A model generated the notes under the pieces. That model was given only the letters and a program-made list of their open reading frames with translations, did no database searches and was not told where the DNA came from. Shown piece by piece: positions 31,401-47,510 of a stretch of 64,000 bases of DNA. The DNA comes from the human T2T-CHM13v2.0 reference genome, Homo sapiens: assembly GCF_009914755.1 (NCBI RefSeq), contig NC_060935.1. One strand, written 5' to 3'. Each line of letters opens with the position of its first letter. Within the stretch, counting starts at the first letter, position 1. The position numbers and the translations under genes are program-made.

Positions 31401-33195
31401 CCACTAAACAGAGGAAATTCCATTTTGAGTTAAATACCAAAATAAGTTCTTTCAATATACCCTAAAGAGTTCACCACAGTCCTACAGGTAAGCCAGATGG
31501 ATGAGAGGAGGGCAGCAGAAAGGAGAGCCTCCTGGATGGGGAGCTTGTGCACAGAGAAGCAGGTATTAGATGAAGAAAAGACAGAAAGACAATCTGTGTG
31601 GTTGGTTCACATTTGGGGCAGGAAACTGGGACCCACAGGGAGGGTGCTGGGCCCCTCCTGCCCTAGCCTACTTCTTTAAGAACCAACCTGTGATCCCTCC
31701 CCTAGGGCAGTGATAGAAATCTTCATCCTAGGAAGCTCATGCCTCTGTCCCCAGTTCATGCCACTCTGTGCTTCTGAGAACATCAAGACAGAGGTGTCTG
31801 GAGTATCAAAAGCAAAAACCTTCCTTCTCCACACTGCATGGCTCACACAAGCCAGTGCTGTCCACCCACCAGGCCTGTGTGTGCACCAGACTGAGACGTG
31901 GATTTCCAGGGCCCTGACGCTCTATTGACTGCAAGAACCATCATGCTTGTATCTCAGCCTATGTTTTTGAAAATCAAACTACCCATTCCATTATCCATTT
32001 AGCAAGAATATCAATCAGACTTATTGGGTGAGGAGGGGAGAAGGGAGAAGGTTTGTGGGCAGTACTTTTTCTAGATGGAATACGTTCTCATTCAAGTCTA
32101 AAAAGGAAAAGGACTAGTACCTTGGTCATAGTCAGATGACTACCTGAAAAGCCTCTGGCCTTTAGTAGCTAAAGGCTCTGAAACCAATAGTTTGCACAAA
32201 CATTGACCCAATATTGGATCTAGGACACTGAACAAAAATCACCCAAGGAGGAACTCTCTGGGAACAGCAGGTAACCCCTCAGCTTTATGTCCTAGGGCTC
32301 CGTTCCCACCAGAAAAAAAATGTTTATAGAACCCCAGAGACCTAACTTGGGAACCTGTGCAGCACAGACCAAGGGTATGTCCTATCCTGGGGAGACACAG
32401 AGCCCAGAGAAGACCCAGCCTTCCCACCCATGCCAGCCAGCCCTGGCCCTGGGGTGTACTTCCCTTCACCTGCAGGGAAGAAGCCAGGTGACCATCAAGC
32501 AACATGACATCATTTCCTGGCCAGCAAGCCTTCTCCAGCTGCAGCCACACCTTCCATACCTCTGGATTCACTAATCCACATCCCACCCCCATCAGCAGCT
32601 CTCAGTAATCAATCAGTCCCCTTCCCTGTAACCTTCCCACTATTCACTCCCAGGGCCTCCCCAAGCTGTGTGGATGTAAACAAGATTTCAGAAGCCCTTG
32701 GCAGAGATATGGTTACCAGGTGCTGAAGAAACAGAGACTCAGAGTAGGCCACCTGAGCCCACCCAGCCACACCTGGCATACCCAGCATTTGGCTAGTGCC
32801 AGTTAGGACCAGATACTCAGCCTCCAGGGAGAATAAGTTCATAGGAAACTTCCCAAGTGAGTTCAAAAGCCAAACCAGAATGATCACAGTGAGAGGTGTG
32901 AGCATTCTAGGGACCCCGGCGCACATGGTTATTTTAAAGAGCAGAGTGAGGCCATTCCACCAAGTGCATGTGGGGCAGGCAGCTGTCCCATCCTGGGGGC
33001 TGTGGGAAGGCAGGACCAGGCTCTTCACTTCAGGCAGAGAATGCACCACTGCTAATCACTGAGAGATTTCGGACCACAGGGCATTTCCAGTAAAGCATAG
33101 GGAGTTGAGGGAGAATGTTCAGAACTGAGAAGACTAGACTGTGCTCTGAGTAGACTGAGGCTAAGAGTGAGCAAAAAGGGTAAGAAGAGGTGAAT

Positions 33196-33472
33196 GGCTA
33201 GGTGCAGTAGCAGATGCCTGTTGTCCTGGCTACTCCTGGAGGTTGAGGTGGGAGGATTGCTTGAGCCCACGAGTTCAAGGCTGCAGTGTGCTATAACAGC
33301 ACTTGGGAGGAGCCACTGCATTCAAACCTGGGCAACATAGTGAGGCTCCACATTGAAGAAGAAGGAAGAAGAAGAAGGAGGGAAGAGGAGGAGGAGGAGG
33401 AAGGAGAAGGAGAAGAGGAAGAAGAGATTGGAGGAGGAGGAAGGAGGAGGAGGAAGAGGGAATGGGGGAAAA
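33196..33472 (+). mobile_element. Alu monomer (FRAM/AluJ-like) with GAA/GAG-expanded tail
   Basis: Right-arm-like Alu sequence followed by (GAA/GAG)n at 33354-33472. Confidence 0.8.
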
Positions 33473-33539
33473 GGTTGCATTTTGGGGAACTTCTCACTTA
33501 TGTCAAATCATAGGAAGCAGAATAGACTAGAACCCCCTC

Positions 33540-33722
33540 TCTCTCCACCATGTGAGAATATAGTCAGAAGTCTGCCATCTGAAAGCCAGGACAAAGGTCC
33601 TCACCAAATCTGCCAGCACCTTCATCTTGGTCTTCCCAGCCTCCAGAACAGTCAGAAATAAACATTTGTTGTTTAAGCCACCCAGTCTATGGTATTTCGT
33701 TATAGTAGTCTGGACAGACTAC
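33540..33722 (+). mobile_element. MLT1 LTR 3' fragment
   Basis: ccagcaccttcatcttggtcttcccagcctccagaacagtcagaaataaacatttgttgtttaagccacccagtctatggtattt. Confidence 0.8.
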
Positions 33723-36232
33723 GTTGGTGACACAGCAAACTGTGTGTGGAGATAGAAGGTAACTAAATGTATATCTGACAAGAATTGGAGATATCACAAG
33801 TATTTACTTATGACTGTCATTTTTGACCGTCAATGTAAACAATGTTATCAGCCCCTAGTTTTACGGGGCCTTCTAGAGGGCTCTCTCCTGACTCCCTAAC
33901 ACAATTAATTGAAGATTTTTAAATGATTCCCCAAATATATATCATTATCCACTAGAAAAATATTCACTTGCTTCAACATCCTCTTGCCCAAAACTTCTCA
34001 GTCAGAAAACTGTTCTTAATATCGAATTTAAACTCCTTCTTCAATACATCTATTCCTTTTATTCCAACCTGAAGCAGAATTTAGTCATGAAATTCCACAG
34101 ATTGCTCCCTATAACTCCACTCTCACATCTTTCTCTTTTACATAACCCAAAGATTTGGAAAGACAAGAGTAGACAATAAGCAAATGAATATATCTGGGAG
34201 AACATTATAGTACTTAAGAAAGAACACTGCTTCATGCCCACTCAGCACCTCTCACTCATGTGACCTCACAACTGGATTCTCTTACACTATTTTCTGAGTG
34301 TGTGTGTGTTCTAGTAATTGTAAGTTCCTGAAAGGCAGAGCCATGTCTTCTAATTTTCATAGCACTTTGGCTCAAGAAGTCAATAAAGACATGTAGCCAT
34401 AAGTTGGCACACTTATTAAAACCATTCTTATTCTTTACTTTCAATAAAACCAGACTCCTAAGGACCCTAGCTCTGATTTTCATACAGACTGACAGATACT
34501 AACTCTGAAATTTGTAACAATTAATTTGGTATTTGAGGCCTGCCCTTCTTCATTCAGTGCCCTCTCCCTCACCCCAAGTGGTCTGCATTTGGGAGGTGTG
34601 ATGGTCCTTGCCAAGGTCTCCCTGGACAGTCACCATGGAGTCTAGAGGGTTTAGGTTCATCTTTTACTGTCTCTGTGTGATGGGGGAAGGTGGAAAGAAG
34701 ATGATTTCCTCTTAAATGGTGGAAGGGCCTCTCAGATTTCATGTGGATTATAATATGATTTTGATAGTCGGGAAAAAAAAACTCTTTACGGACTAAGAAG
34801 AAACAAGATGATCCTCATACCCTGAAAAGTCCTTTCCAACCTTCTCTGTCAAACTTCTGTTCTTCCCTTGGATGCAAATGCATGACAGAGCTTGCAGTGA
34901 GCTGCAGAAAGTGTTGGGAAAAACCCAGAGATGAAGAGAATAGAGACTTCCAAGAGAGCGTGTAGTCAAACATCCACCCCTGCCTATCCCAGTGGGTCCC
35001 ACAGGTCTCTACTGGAGTCATGAGGTGGTGTGTCCCCTACTCATTGCTAAGACCCATGAACTTGGAGGAGACAGTCCAGGGGCCATGATCTGGAAGGGGC
35101 TGAAGTGAAGCAGAATAACAAACCCACATCCAGTTCTAGATCCTGCTACACAGGAGAGCCAAGGCAAGTCATGGAAACAGGTTATGATCCCAGGAGAGAG
35201 ACAGAGAGCAGCTGAGTGAGCAAAATAGGAGGCAGCCTCAAATGATTTCTGAAGCATAAGTCTAAACCTAATGCCAAACAGGGCTATTTCATCTGCTCAG
35301 AGTCTTAGCCTGAGAATTAGCTTCCTTTATTTACAAAGATTGGACAGAGACAGGGAAAGGGAGACAGAAAATATAACAACAGACACAGGAACTCAAAATC
35401 CCTAGTTTTCCTTAGCCAGTAAGTACCAAGGCAGACATTTCTATATACTTAATAATCTCTGAAAGGTCCCTATACATGATACAATAGCTGATATCCATAT
35501 GGTCATCTTACGACATTAAGAAATGACTTTGAAAAAGTAAGTTTGAAACACGCTTGGGAAGATTTCCATTAAAATATTTAAAGTTAAAAAATGTTTTGGC
35601 ATCACTTTTTGACCTTTTGGCTAAAGTCAAGTATAAAAAATGTTTTGGCATTTTCCCAAGGGAAAAGGAATCTCATGTTTTCTGAAAATTTATTTATGAG
35701 GACTGTCTCATAGAGAAATGAGATGACACATCCACAGTATCGCATGGTTTGTAAATATAACATTACCAAGAGCCTTGTCTTCACAGGTATGTGGGATAGG
35801 CTGAACTAGAGAAATCACCTCAAATCTCTCCAGTTTGCTAAGGGCTAGAGACAATTGAGCCCCTCAAAAATATATGATTTGGGGTCTGTACTAAAATCTA
35901 TTAAGTGGGCCCCAATAATAGGGCTGAGGAACTTACGTGCATCCATGCAAACTTCCAGGTGTCTTTCAAAGAGGCCATCAGGTAATACAACCTGGTTGCA
36001 AGGTGGGGGAGGGATGAATTATATAAAGGGCCAGTTCTGGAGGCAGACATAAGCCCAGGCCAAGAAGAAAAGTACCGTTGGTTCAGGTGTTAGTCTAGGC
36101 AAGGGCGATCAAACAGGGCTGCAAAACTGAGTAGGAGATACATTGCAAAAAAAGCAGGCGGCCGAGATTGGAACTGGAAGAGGCAATGCTCAATGTTCAA
36201 TGCTTACAGGGAGCCTCGCTGGTCAGAGCTAC

Positions 36233-36505
36233 TTTTTTTGTTTGTTTTGTTTTTTTGTTTTTGTTGAGATAGGGTCTCACTCTTTCTCCCAGGCTGGAGT
36301 GCAGTGGTGCGAACACAGTCCACTGTAGCTTCTACCTCCCCAGCTCAAGCAATCCTCCTATCTCAGCTTCCCAAAGTAGCTGGGACCACAGGCTCATGCC
36401 ACCATGCCCAGCTAATTTTGTGATTTTTCATAGTGATGGGGTCTCACTTTGTTGCTCAGGATGATATCAAACTCCTGGGCTCAATCAATCCTCCTGCCTC
36501 GGCCT
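36233..36505 (-). mobile_element. AluJ
   Basis: Antisense AluJ, truncated at its 5' end. Confidence 0.9.
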
Positions 36506-37177
36506 CAGAGCAACCTTTAAAGGGCTGTCTGTGTGTGTCTCCCTCCATAAGGAATGTAACACATACTCCCTCCTCCTTTGCCTATTGATTACTCACGTCA
36601 TAGATCTTAGCTTAGATGTAGTTGCAAAGACTTCCCTGAGCCTGAGAAATCTACATGTTCTTGGGAAGGAATTGGCAGACAATCAAGGCTCCTAAGCAGG
36701 GAAATTACACAATGAGGTTTGCATACTGGCTCCCTCACTCTGGCTACAATGCTGACACTAGACTTGAAGGGGTCAGAAGGGAGCCTGTTGTAAACAACAC
36801 AGGATCTGGCCATCAACCTGACTCCCTCTCTTGCCTCTCATTCAATCACTAACCAAGCTCTGGCAATTCTACATTCTAAATATTTCTCAGAGGCAACCAG
36901 TTAGCTCTCTCTCCACTGTCACAACTCTAGTTCTGGCCCTCATCATTCTCTTTTCAGATTATTCTCACAGCCTCCTAATCCATCTCCCACCTTGAATTTA
37001 GTCTTGCCCTCCAATCCGTCCTTCACCTGGCCTCAAGAGAGACCTCTGTAAACACACATCTATTTATGTGTTATTCACTTGAAACTCTAATTGCTGTCTC
37101 ACTGTTCTTACCATACACCTAAAATGTTTGGCATGTCCTACAAACTTGGCAAGGTCTGGCTTCTGCCTAACCTACTG

Positions 37178-37608
37178 AAGTAGACACTGATGCATCTCCC
37201 AAATTTACTCTTTAGGAGGACATTCATTTCCCAGCTGTGCAAACTATTAACAACTCACAGCTGAGTCCCTTTCCAGGACTTGCCCTCATCCAAAGAAAAG
37301 TGCCTCACTCAAGATTATCTACTCTCCCTCCTTGGGCACAGCTTTCATCCAATGACTGCTTGATGCGGGAGTGCCAAGGTCTGGTTTCCTTGCCTCAATT
37401 TGGGACATATCCGATGGGCCCTCCTATCTCCAGAGCCCCTCATGGGATCAGTTGAGGCCTGTGTTGCAACTGCATGGCAGTTTAACTTCTCTCTTTGCCC
37501 AGTCATGCATCCTTCACTCCCCACAGGTGTTCCAGACAGCACACCTGAAGAAACATCATGCATGTAAATTGGTCTCAGACTCTGTTTCCTGGAGAGTCTG
37601 ACCTACAG
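37178..37608 (+). mobile_element. LTR16-type ERVL LTR
   Basis: gctgagtccctttccagga...ttgcctcaatttgggaca...gtctcagactctgtttcctgg. Confidence 0.7.
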
Positions 37609-37883
37609 TACTCTCCCAGCAACATTACTCGGACATAGAAAATTCATATGGAACTTTAACAGTTCCTCAAGTCCGCTGAGCTCTCTCTGCTGTATGGGTT
37701 TTTGCACAAGCTATTTCTTTTCCCTAGAGCATTTCCTACCTTTTTCCTATTCACCTTCAAGTCTCAGCTAAGATGTCACCTCCTTTAGGAAGTCCTCCTG
37801 ATTCACCAAGCTCAGGTGCTCTGCCTTTATGTTGTCATGACATTTAGTACTACCTCATCAATGCTTAATTAGACAAATTATAA

Positions 37884-38226
<343 letters not shown>

Positions 38227-38324
38227 AGACTACATCTTCTAAGGGTGTAAGAAATATGTCTATTGTGTCCATCATTGTAACCCTAGTGCCTAGCCCAGTT
38301 CCTGGAACACACTAGGGATATAAT

Positions 38325-38714
38325 ATGTATTAGTTTGCTTGGGCTGCCATAACAAAATACCACAGACTAGAAGCTTAAACAACAGAATTTTACTTTCTCA
38401 TGGTTCTGAAAGCCAGAAGTCCCAGATCACGGTGTGGGCAGGTTTCATTTCTTATGTGCTCTCTCTCCTTGGCTAGCAGATGATCACATTCTTGCTGTGT
38501 CCTCATATGGGCTTTTCTCCGTGCACTAACATTCCTGGTCCAAATTTCCTCTTTGTATAAGGGCACCAGTCACATTAAAGTCCACCCTGATTGTCTCATT
38601 TTAACTAAAACACCTTTTTGAAGACCCTAACTCCAAATATAATTACATTTTGAAGTCATGGGGGTTAGGGCTCTACCATATGAATCTGGGGGCAACACAC
38701 TTCAGCCCCTAATA
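38325..38714 (-). mobile_element. MLT1A-type LTR
   Basis: tgtattagtttgcttgggctgccataacaaaataccacagact...cagcccctaa. Confidence 0.85.
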
Positions 38715-41619
38715 GTTCTATGTTTCTTCTCTTTCCCCTTCCACAGTGCTGTCTGTCCCAGAGGCAGCAAGCCCACAGCTCTCACCAAGCACCAATGCCC
38801 AGATTAGCCTTCCCCTCAAATTTCCAAGATTCAGGATTCAACATGTTACAGGTATTATTCTGCCTGGAATGGGGTCAAATAGGTGGCAGGAGGACTTGAA
38901 GAATTCACTAGTTACAAAGGGGAGAGACCTTTCAGGCTGAGGAAACTGCATAAGCAAAGATACCACATGTTAAATTTCATGGGGAGCTTGGAGACAATTA
39001 GATGTGGCTGTTGTGGAGGATGAATGTGGTAGATGCCAATTGTTGAAGGAAGAAAGGTTGACCGAGGTTATACGGTAAAAAGCTTTCATTTTGGCATAAA
39101 ATCAGCCAACACTTTATCTAAAGAGATGAAGATAGGGAATTAGAGGCTGTTCCAATCACTCATGCAGGAAACAATGCAATTAACTTGGTAAAAGGTTGGA
39201 AGATTTGAAGATGACTTACAGCAAATAACTATCAGGAAGGGGGAAGCAGGAGAGGTGTGACAAGCAAAAGATAAAGGGAAAAATAGAGGCAAAGAGAAAA
39301 AAAAACAGAAGGAGGAGGCATCCTGTTCATATCTAAATGACGAATTCCAATATCCCAGAAGGGATTCTGTTGACTGGGGTTCTGCATCCTCAAAAAGGCA
39401 AAGTCTCCTCCAGACTTTGCTGGAGTTGACTAGCATCTCTCAGCAAAGTGAGGGAGTACTGGAAGCAGAGAAGGCTCTAGATATCAGAAGGTCGGTTAAC
39501 GTGGAGGCACAGCAGCAAATGGAGCCAAGAGGGATGAAGGCAGCAAAAATTTCCAAAAGGAACTGGAGATCTGGATGTGATCAGCTTCAGGGGGCTAACT
39601 GGGATGAGAGAATTGATATATCCGGCTCTTTCTCATTTAGAGAAAACAGTCAGCTCAGGCCTGGCTTATAGATTAAGGACCAGTCACCTGGATCCAACCA
39701 CACAGAGGAAATAGTGGTGGATATAAAGGAGCTTATTTCCCCTCTCAGGATACCGGGGTAGAAAAGCGGAAGGATCAGACACTTGCAGAGGAGAAAAGAG
39801 AAGTCACTGTGCTTGTCCACTGTCCTGGCTAGTAATAGCAACGGTCAAGGCCAGAGGTTACGTGTAATGAAGACAGTGGAGCTAACTGATTTCGTCCAGC
39901 TGCAGGTCTAGGTGCAGCAGGCCATCTTTTTCACCCTTATCCACCCGGCACCCACGGAGGAGGGACTGTTCTAATAAAGATGGCTTCAGTAGGCCACTGC
40001 GAGTCAAGGCTGGGTCTGTCTCCAAAGTGAGTTTGGTTTTTCTTTATGAAACCTCTGGTCACGAGAATATGAGAGTTTCCACTCTGGTTCTGAACTATGG
40101 GTCATCAATCCTAATGGGTTATGGGTTCCAGCTGTGAGATTTGCTGTCCCTGTTTGGGATTACAAAAAGTAAATGAAGCTCTCCAGTTAAGACCAGGTGT
40201 GGGCAGTCAGAGACGAGAGGCCAGGAGTGTCCCTCTGAAGAAGGTGGTGACCGCAGAGAAAGTGGTGCTGGGCCTGAATCACTGGTGGGCAGAGATGGTG
40301 CCTGCCAGTCCTGAGCCAACCTCTTTGGAGCCCACTCCACAGAGATAAGAGCAACAGCAGCCCTGAAAGCACCTCAAGGACTTCTGCTGCAACCGAGGCT
40401 TCCCACTGCATTTCCCCCTTACAGACTCTCCAGTAATTCTTTAGACTCTGTAAGTATGGCATGTGTATTTCATTGAAAAAGTAATGTAAGCATGCTCTAG
40501 AAAACCCAGGAAAGAACTACCCACACCACCACCACCGAAAAGTTAATTAGATACAATCAGAGTTTTCCTCCACTGGACCTTATCCATCTTAGTTCACAGT
40601 CTCAGAGTTAGGACTTGAGGCATTTGTGGAAGTAAATCAACTAGAGCACCTTTAAGACTTTATTCAAAAATGCTAGGCATGAGTAATTTCAGAGAGAATA
40701 TTCTCACTTGGAGAAGCAGCGTGAGCCAGACAGAATTTTTAATAAGGATTTAGGAGGCAGGGTCAGCTGAAGTTCAACTGGTTTAGGGAATAGTGCAAAG
40801 ATGGTTCTAAGAAATATGAGGAATTGTTTCTAAGGATGATGAACTACTGTTTGGGATTTTTACCGAGAGGGTGAGGAGGAATAGTTAGGAGCTGTGGCCA
40901 TATGGAAGAAGGGTGGGGAGAAATATTACCGGGCATAAGGAAGTTTAAGGACCACCAGTGGAAAATTCTCAGTCTATGTGTCTCTTTTAAAAAAATTTTG
41001 TGGATACATAGTAGGTGTTTATGGGGTACGTGAAATGTTTTGATAAAGGTATCTATTAGCGTCTCTTGTGAGGACCAAATGGAAACACAGGCCTTCTGAC
41101 TCCTGGAGAGCATTCTTTTCACATTCCATAGATGCCCCAGCCTTTCTCAGTTTGGCAGGTGATTGAGAAAGAACCCCAAGGCGTCCTGGCCTTTCCCATG
41201 GAAAGGCAGGTTGAGATAAGAAGAGGGCTGGACTGCACAGACAAATTCAAAGATTTTACCACCTTGTCCTAGGGTTATAATTTATCTTCAATTGGACCAG
41301 GGCCTGCAGGAGTTTAGTCCTACATATTTCTGGCCTGCAGCTACATGAAGGGAATTCTGCCTCCAGTGATTGAGAAAACTCAAGGATTTCCTTACAAAGG
41401 CGTTTCACTTTTTGATGGCTTGACCCTGGAAGCATCACTGTATCAATGATTGTTGTTGTTCCTCTTAATCAAATTATTCTCAGCTCCATCCTGAGATGTT
41501 TCAGCTGACAGCCTGGATGGCCAGGCCTGTAGCCCATTGTACCTTTCTGCCCAAGGGGCGATGTAGCCCTGTGCACTGGCTGTTCAGAGATAGTGGTAGA
41601 TCCATGTTTATTTTTCCTG

Positions 41620-42459
<840 letters not shown>

Positions 42460-43779
42460 TAGCAAATGACACATTGCCAAAGTTACACTTTAAAATGCTC
42501 ATAGTCTGGCAGTTTAGAGCCGAACTCCAGAGTCCAGTGTGCTACTTCCAGACCTTAAGCACAGTTGCACTTTGTGCTCTGATTTGGCAGTTTGTCTCAT
42601 CTGTAAAATGGGGATAATAGTAGAATTTATGTTGTAAGGCTATCCTGAAGATTTAATCCATAGCTAAAATACTGCCTGGCATAATGGTATGTATCTAAAA
42701 TGTTATTATTCACCATAGTTCATTTTTTAAAATATGAAACTTAAAAATGTTGGTTACTTTTTCTTCATGTTTTAGTGTTTCAGGCTGATAATGGATTTCA
42801 GCTTTTCGTTTTGTCTTTTATGATAAACCATTAGGTCACTGTAAAAAGTTATGATATCAATGTACTGAGAAGTCTTAGTTTCTTTTGCTGAACTGGATTT
42901 AGACTTAGAAATGAGCAGATTTCAGCCAAGTTAAACAGAAAGAATGCATTTGGGCTGCCACCTCATTAAAATGTGCAAAACCCAACATTTTGGCAGCCTG
43001 GACAGGCTCCCAGGGACAAATGTAACCCTCCACCCTAGCCTTTGCCACACCCTGGCATTGATTATTCATACTTAACGGCTTGCTTTTGTACAAGCTAAAT
43101 TGATAAATTATTTATCTTCTTTCAAAGACCCTCTTATTGCTAATAATTATTTTATACATTTTCCTGAAAAATCTTCATGTCCAAATTATATGTTCTTCTA
43201 GTTATAGTCAGGGTAAAGTAATTCCACATAGCAGGCCGAATGCATTTCCTAAGGGCGTCCAGCCAACAGGCTGGGGCCTGGAGGCAGTGGATGAAGTGTT
43301 CCCAGACGAGCGGCCTCTTGCGCTTCTTCACTTGCTCCCTCCTGAGCCTCACCTCCTTAGAAGTGCCAGAATGATGCTCAGTCAGGATCCCTCTGCATTT
43401 AGCACCGACTTGCCTTGGGAGTAAAGCCAGCCAAATCCCTGCAAATTGTCTTTCACTACCTTAAGAACTTGTCAAGGGTATGAAGTACAGACTGATCCTT
43501 TTATAGCTATGAATGTGGATTTGAAAAAGACAAGGATATGATCTGTATAGATCTTCCCACCCCAGTCCTGACCTGAGGTGAAGCCAAGTCGCAGGTGGCA
43601 GTCACTGTTGGCCAGCGCAGACACTTAACAATACAGTGATAGCATTCCCAGCCTGAGAAGCCAGTGTCGGAGGGGTAGGAAAAAAGAGGGTAGGGATTTA
43701 GGGAATTATTTTGGGTCTCTCTTTCTGTCTTTCTCCCTTCAAAATAAACAGCCTTACGTATTGTTGTTTGGAGCATACA

Positions 43780-44450
43780 TTTTTACATTTGTGGATAGCA
43801 TTTTGATAAACCATGCCAAATGAGCTTTAAGTAGACATTCTCTTTGACCAAGCAATCCCATTTCCATTCATTTATTCTTTTGTTCAGCAAATATTTATTG
43901 AATAGTATTATGTGCTTGGCCCTGTGCCAAGTGCTAGGGATGGATATTCTGGAAATCTACCTTAGAATAATCTGATGAAGATGTAAATACAAAGGTTTTT
44001 TTTTCTCTTAATAATCTGATGAAGATGTAAATAAAAAGTTTTTTTCTCAGCATTGTTTGAATGACAAAAAATTAAAAACTATGTAAATGTACCTCAAAAA
44101 GAGTCTAACAGAATAAATAATGGGATATCAATTCAATGGAATGCTCTCATTAAAGTTATGGTATAGGTATACATTAATTAGTATCAAAGTATGTTCACAA
44201 TATATCTGCAAGTGAAAAAGATGATACAAAACATATAGTAAAATCACATTTTAAAAATATATATTTACATATGTATGACTAAATGCTTGGGAAAACTTTT
44301 AAAAACTGATATACTCAAGTATCAATACTACCTTTGAATTTAGGAATTATGGGAGATTTCAATTTTTCCCCTATTTGATGATGTGTAATTTTCTAATCCT
44401 TTTCTATAAATGATAGCTATTTATATTATTTGGGTAATTTAAATAACAAG
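43780..44450 (+). mobile_element. Old L1M 3' fragment with nested L2 piece and 44-bp tandem duplication (43966-44048)
   Basis: ctttgaccaagcaatcccatt..., aaataatgggatatcaattcaatggaat; duplicated aataatctgatgaagatgtaaata. Confidence 0.6.
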
Positions 44451-44476
44451 CAATAATTTGCAAATTTATTTTCTGA

Positions 44477-44860
<384 letters not shown>

Positions 44861-47419
44861 TAATGAGAGTAAGAATTGGAGGTGTGCTTTTGTGTGCATT
44901 GCTGAGAGAGAAAGCTATACAGAGAACAGGTGTCCAAAGAGAAATCCATTCTCGCAAAGCCATTCTTTCTTTCACACAGAGTGCCTAAAGACTCCATAGA
45001 TGGTCAAGGCTATAGTGCCAAAAGTCAGCCCAAGGAGACTACCTCCTGATAAATCTTGGTTTGGTGGAGATGTGTGGTCCCAGATTTTTTCAGGGAAAGT
45101 AGCAGTTTGGTGGATTCTACATCCAGTACCCAGGCTGTAGATAGCATCTGCAAATGTACCAAGAAACAGTCTTAAATTGGAAATGGCAACAGCCAACCCT
45201 CAGGGATGGGAACTGCAGTGAATCACTATTGTGTGTGCTGTCTGAGATGGTGATATGCATGGGATGTGGTCTAATCTTGTGATCCATCAGAATCACTTCC
45301 AGGCCATTAAGAATAATGTGTAGCAGCTCAAATTATAATAAACAGTATCAGGCAATAAACACACAAATGACAAAGAAAAATTTTCTGTGCCCGAGTCTAT
45401 TTCATTAAAACAATGAGGGAGACAAATCTCCCACTTCAGGGTTTGTATTCTGAGGTGTTTTCATTGCAAATAGGAAGACTTTATTTACATGCTAATTACG
45501 TCTGTTCCAATTCAAGAACCTCCATCAGGGAAATGACATATAAGCTGAGTGCCATCATTGTGCTAAAAGTTTCACATACCTTCTCAATGTAATCCTTCTA
45601 AGAACTTCATGGTCACTATAAGGAAAAGGGTCTTCCTAAATGAGGTGACACTTGGTCTCAGTTTTGAACAAAGAAGTTAGAAACGAATGAGTAGAGGGTA
45701 CTTCAAGTCAGGGCACAATATACCAAAGGCATGAGGGTACTGTAGCACCTTGACATGTAGACCCGCAAATATGGCTGAGTGAAAGCTTTTTAGAGAGGTG
45801 ACAGTAGGGAAACTAGGTTGAAGAGCTCAGCAGGACCCAGTTAATAAGAGACCTTGCATGCTAGATGAAGGAAGTTGAAGCTCACTGGAGAAACTATAGA
45901 GAACCATTGAGCAATTTTAAACAAGGGCATGATACGAAGGAAGAGGCTAAGACTAGAGAGAGGAGACCAGTCAGGGAATGCTGCAATGATTTGGGCAACA
46001 AGTAATAGTGTTGGCATTAAGTGTCATGGGACAGAGAACAGGTGGATTTGAGAGCCATTGAGAATTGGAATCCACATGGCTTTCTGACTGCTAATTAAAA
46101 CTAAATGATGAGTGAGAGAGATGAGTCCAGGATGTTTCCCAGGTTTTGGGCTTAGGTCATCGAATGGTTGGTATGAAATATGCTGAGATGGAAAACTCAA
46201 AAGGAGTTTGGGAGCACTTATTACTCTATAATTTTTTTCAGACCATTTATAATTTTGAAACCATTTAGTTCATTTATTGGCTCATAGGTTATTTCCTACC
46301 TCCCTATCTGTAATGTCAGCTCTATGAGAGCTTGGAACCCCAGTTTCATGTTCAATGCTGTGTCTCCAGTGCCTAGAATGGGGTCTATTCAATAAATAGT
46401 TTTCAGTGAGTAATTAAACAATTAAAACAAATAAATGAGTAGATGTAGGGATTGTCAACACAGGCAGAGGGGTTAGTTAGGCTTTGGTGGGGGGGGGGGC
46501 GGGGAACCAAAAAACATCTTATCCCTGAGTCAGAAGAAAGAGAGGAGGGTGCCCTGCCTATAATATGAAGCAATGGGTCAAGTAAGCAATCCTTTTTGGC
46601 CCTGACATTGTCCTGAGATGAATCATCCTCAAAGAGGGAGAAGCTGGCGGTAAGCACAGAGTGAGGGAAGGAAATGGGTCAAAAGAGGATGAACAGGGGC
46701 TTCCTAAAAAGCTGATGGAGAGGACTGGGTGCTAATGTGGCCTGAGCTAGAATGTGTCCGAACTCTCACACTGGGGGTTCAGGCAGGACGCTAAGTCTGA
46801 ATAGTGGTGCTGAATTGGATCCCTGAGCTGTTTCTGGTCCCTGGATACTCTCAGCCCACCAGGTGTTGAGACTACCCTTTCCCATTCCAGCTAGAGCTCA
46901 GTGGAGGTCCTGAGACTGGACTTGCTTTTTCAACCCCCATCCTCTGCCCCTCAGATCTGGTAGTTCTGAAATATCCCCTCTCCTAGCTCTGTGGTATATG
47001 AAAACTTATTTCTGAACCTATCAGAGATTGCTACATCCATGTCTGTTGCCTCTGGAGCTCACATTTGATGCTGTGTTGGTTTGTAAATCAGCCAATACTT
47101 GTTGCCTCCCACTACTGGATGGGCCCTGTGCTGCACTGCAGGGATGGAGGACTGAGTAGGACATGTCTGCATCCTGCTGTAGCTTCCTTACCACTTCTCT
47201 TGCCTCCCACAGTCTGCCTCCTGTCATGCAGACCTTCCACAACACAAAATAGATCATAATTCTCCTCTGTGTAGAATGTATTTTCGTCATTTACCATCAA
47301 TTATCAACAACAAAAAAATCCATTCAAATCTCCTAGCTTTCTTTTACATAAGAAAGGCCCTTTACAAAGTGATGCAAGTTGATCTCCAGCTCCTTCTCCC
47401 ATAACTTACCCAAATGCAG

Positions 47420-47510
47420 TTTAAATATACATATACATATTTTTATGTATGTGTGTATATATGTATTAAAATATATATTATATATAATTAATATATATTT
47501 ATATATTTTT
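47420..47510. repeat. (TA)-rich low-complexity tract
   Basis: Imperfect TA/TG runs. Confidence 0.85.

Noticed and set aside
33286-33661. Poly-Glu/Arg/Ser ORFs
   Set aside because: Translation of the GAA/GAG-expanded Alu tail.
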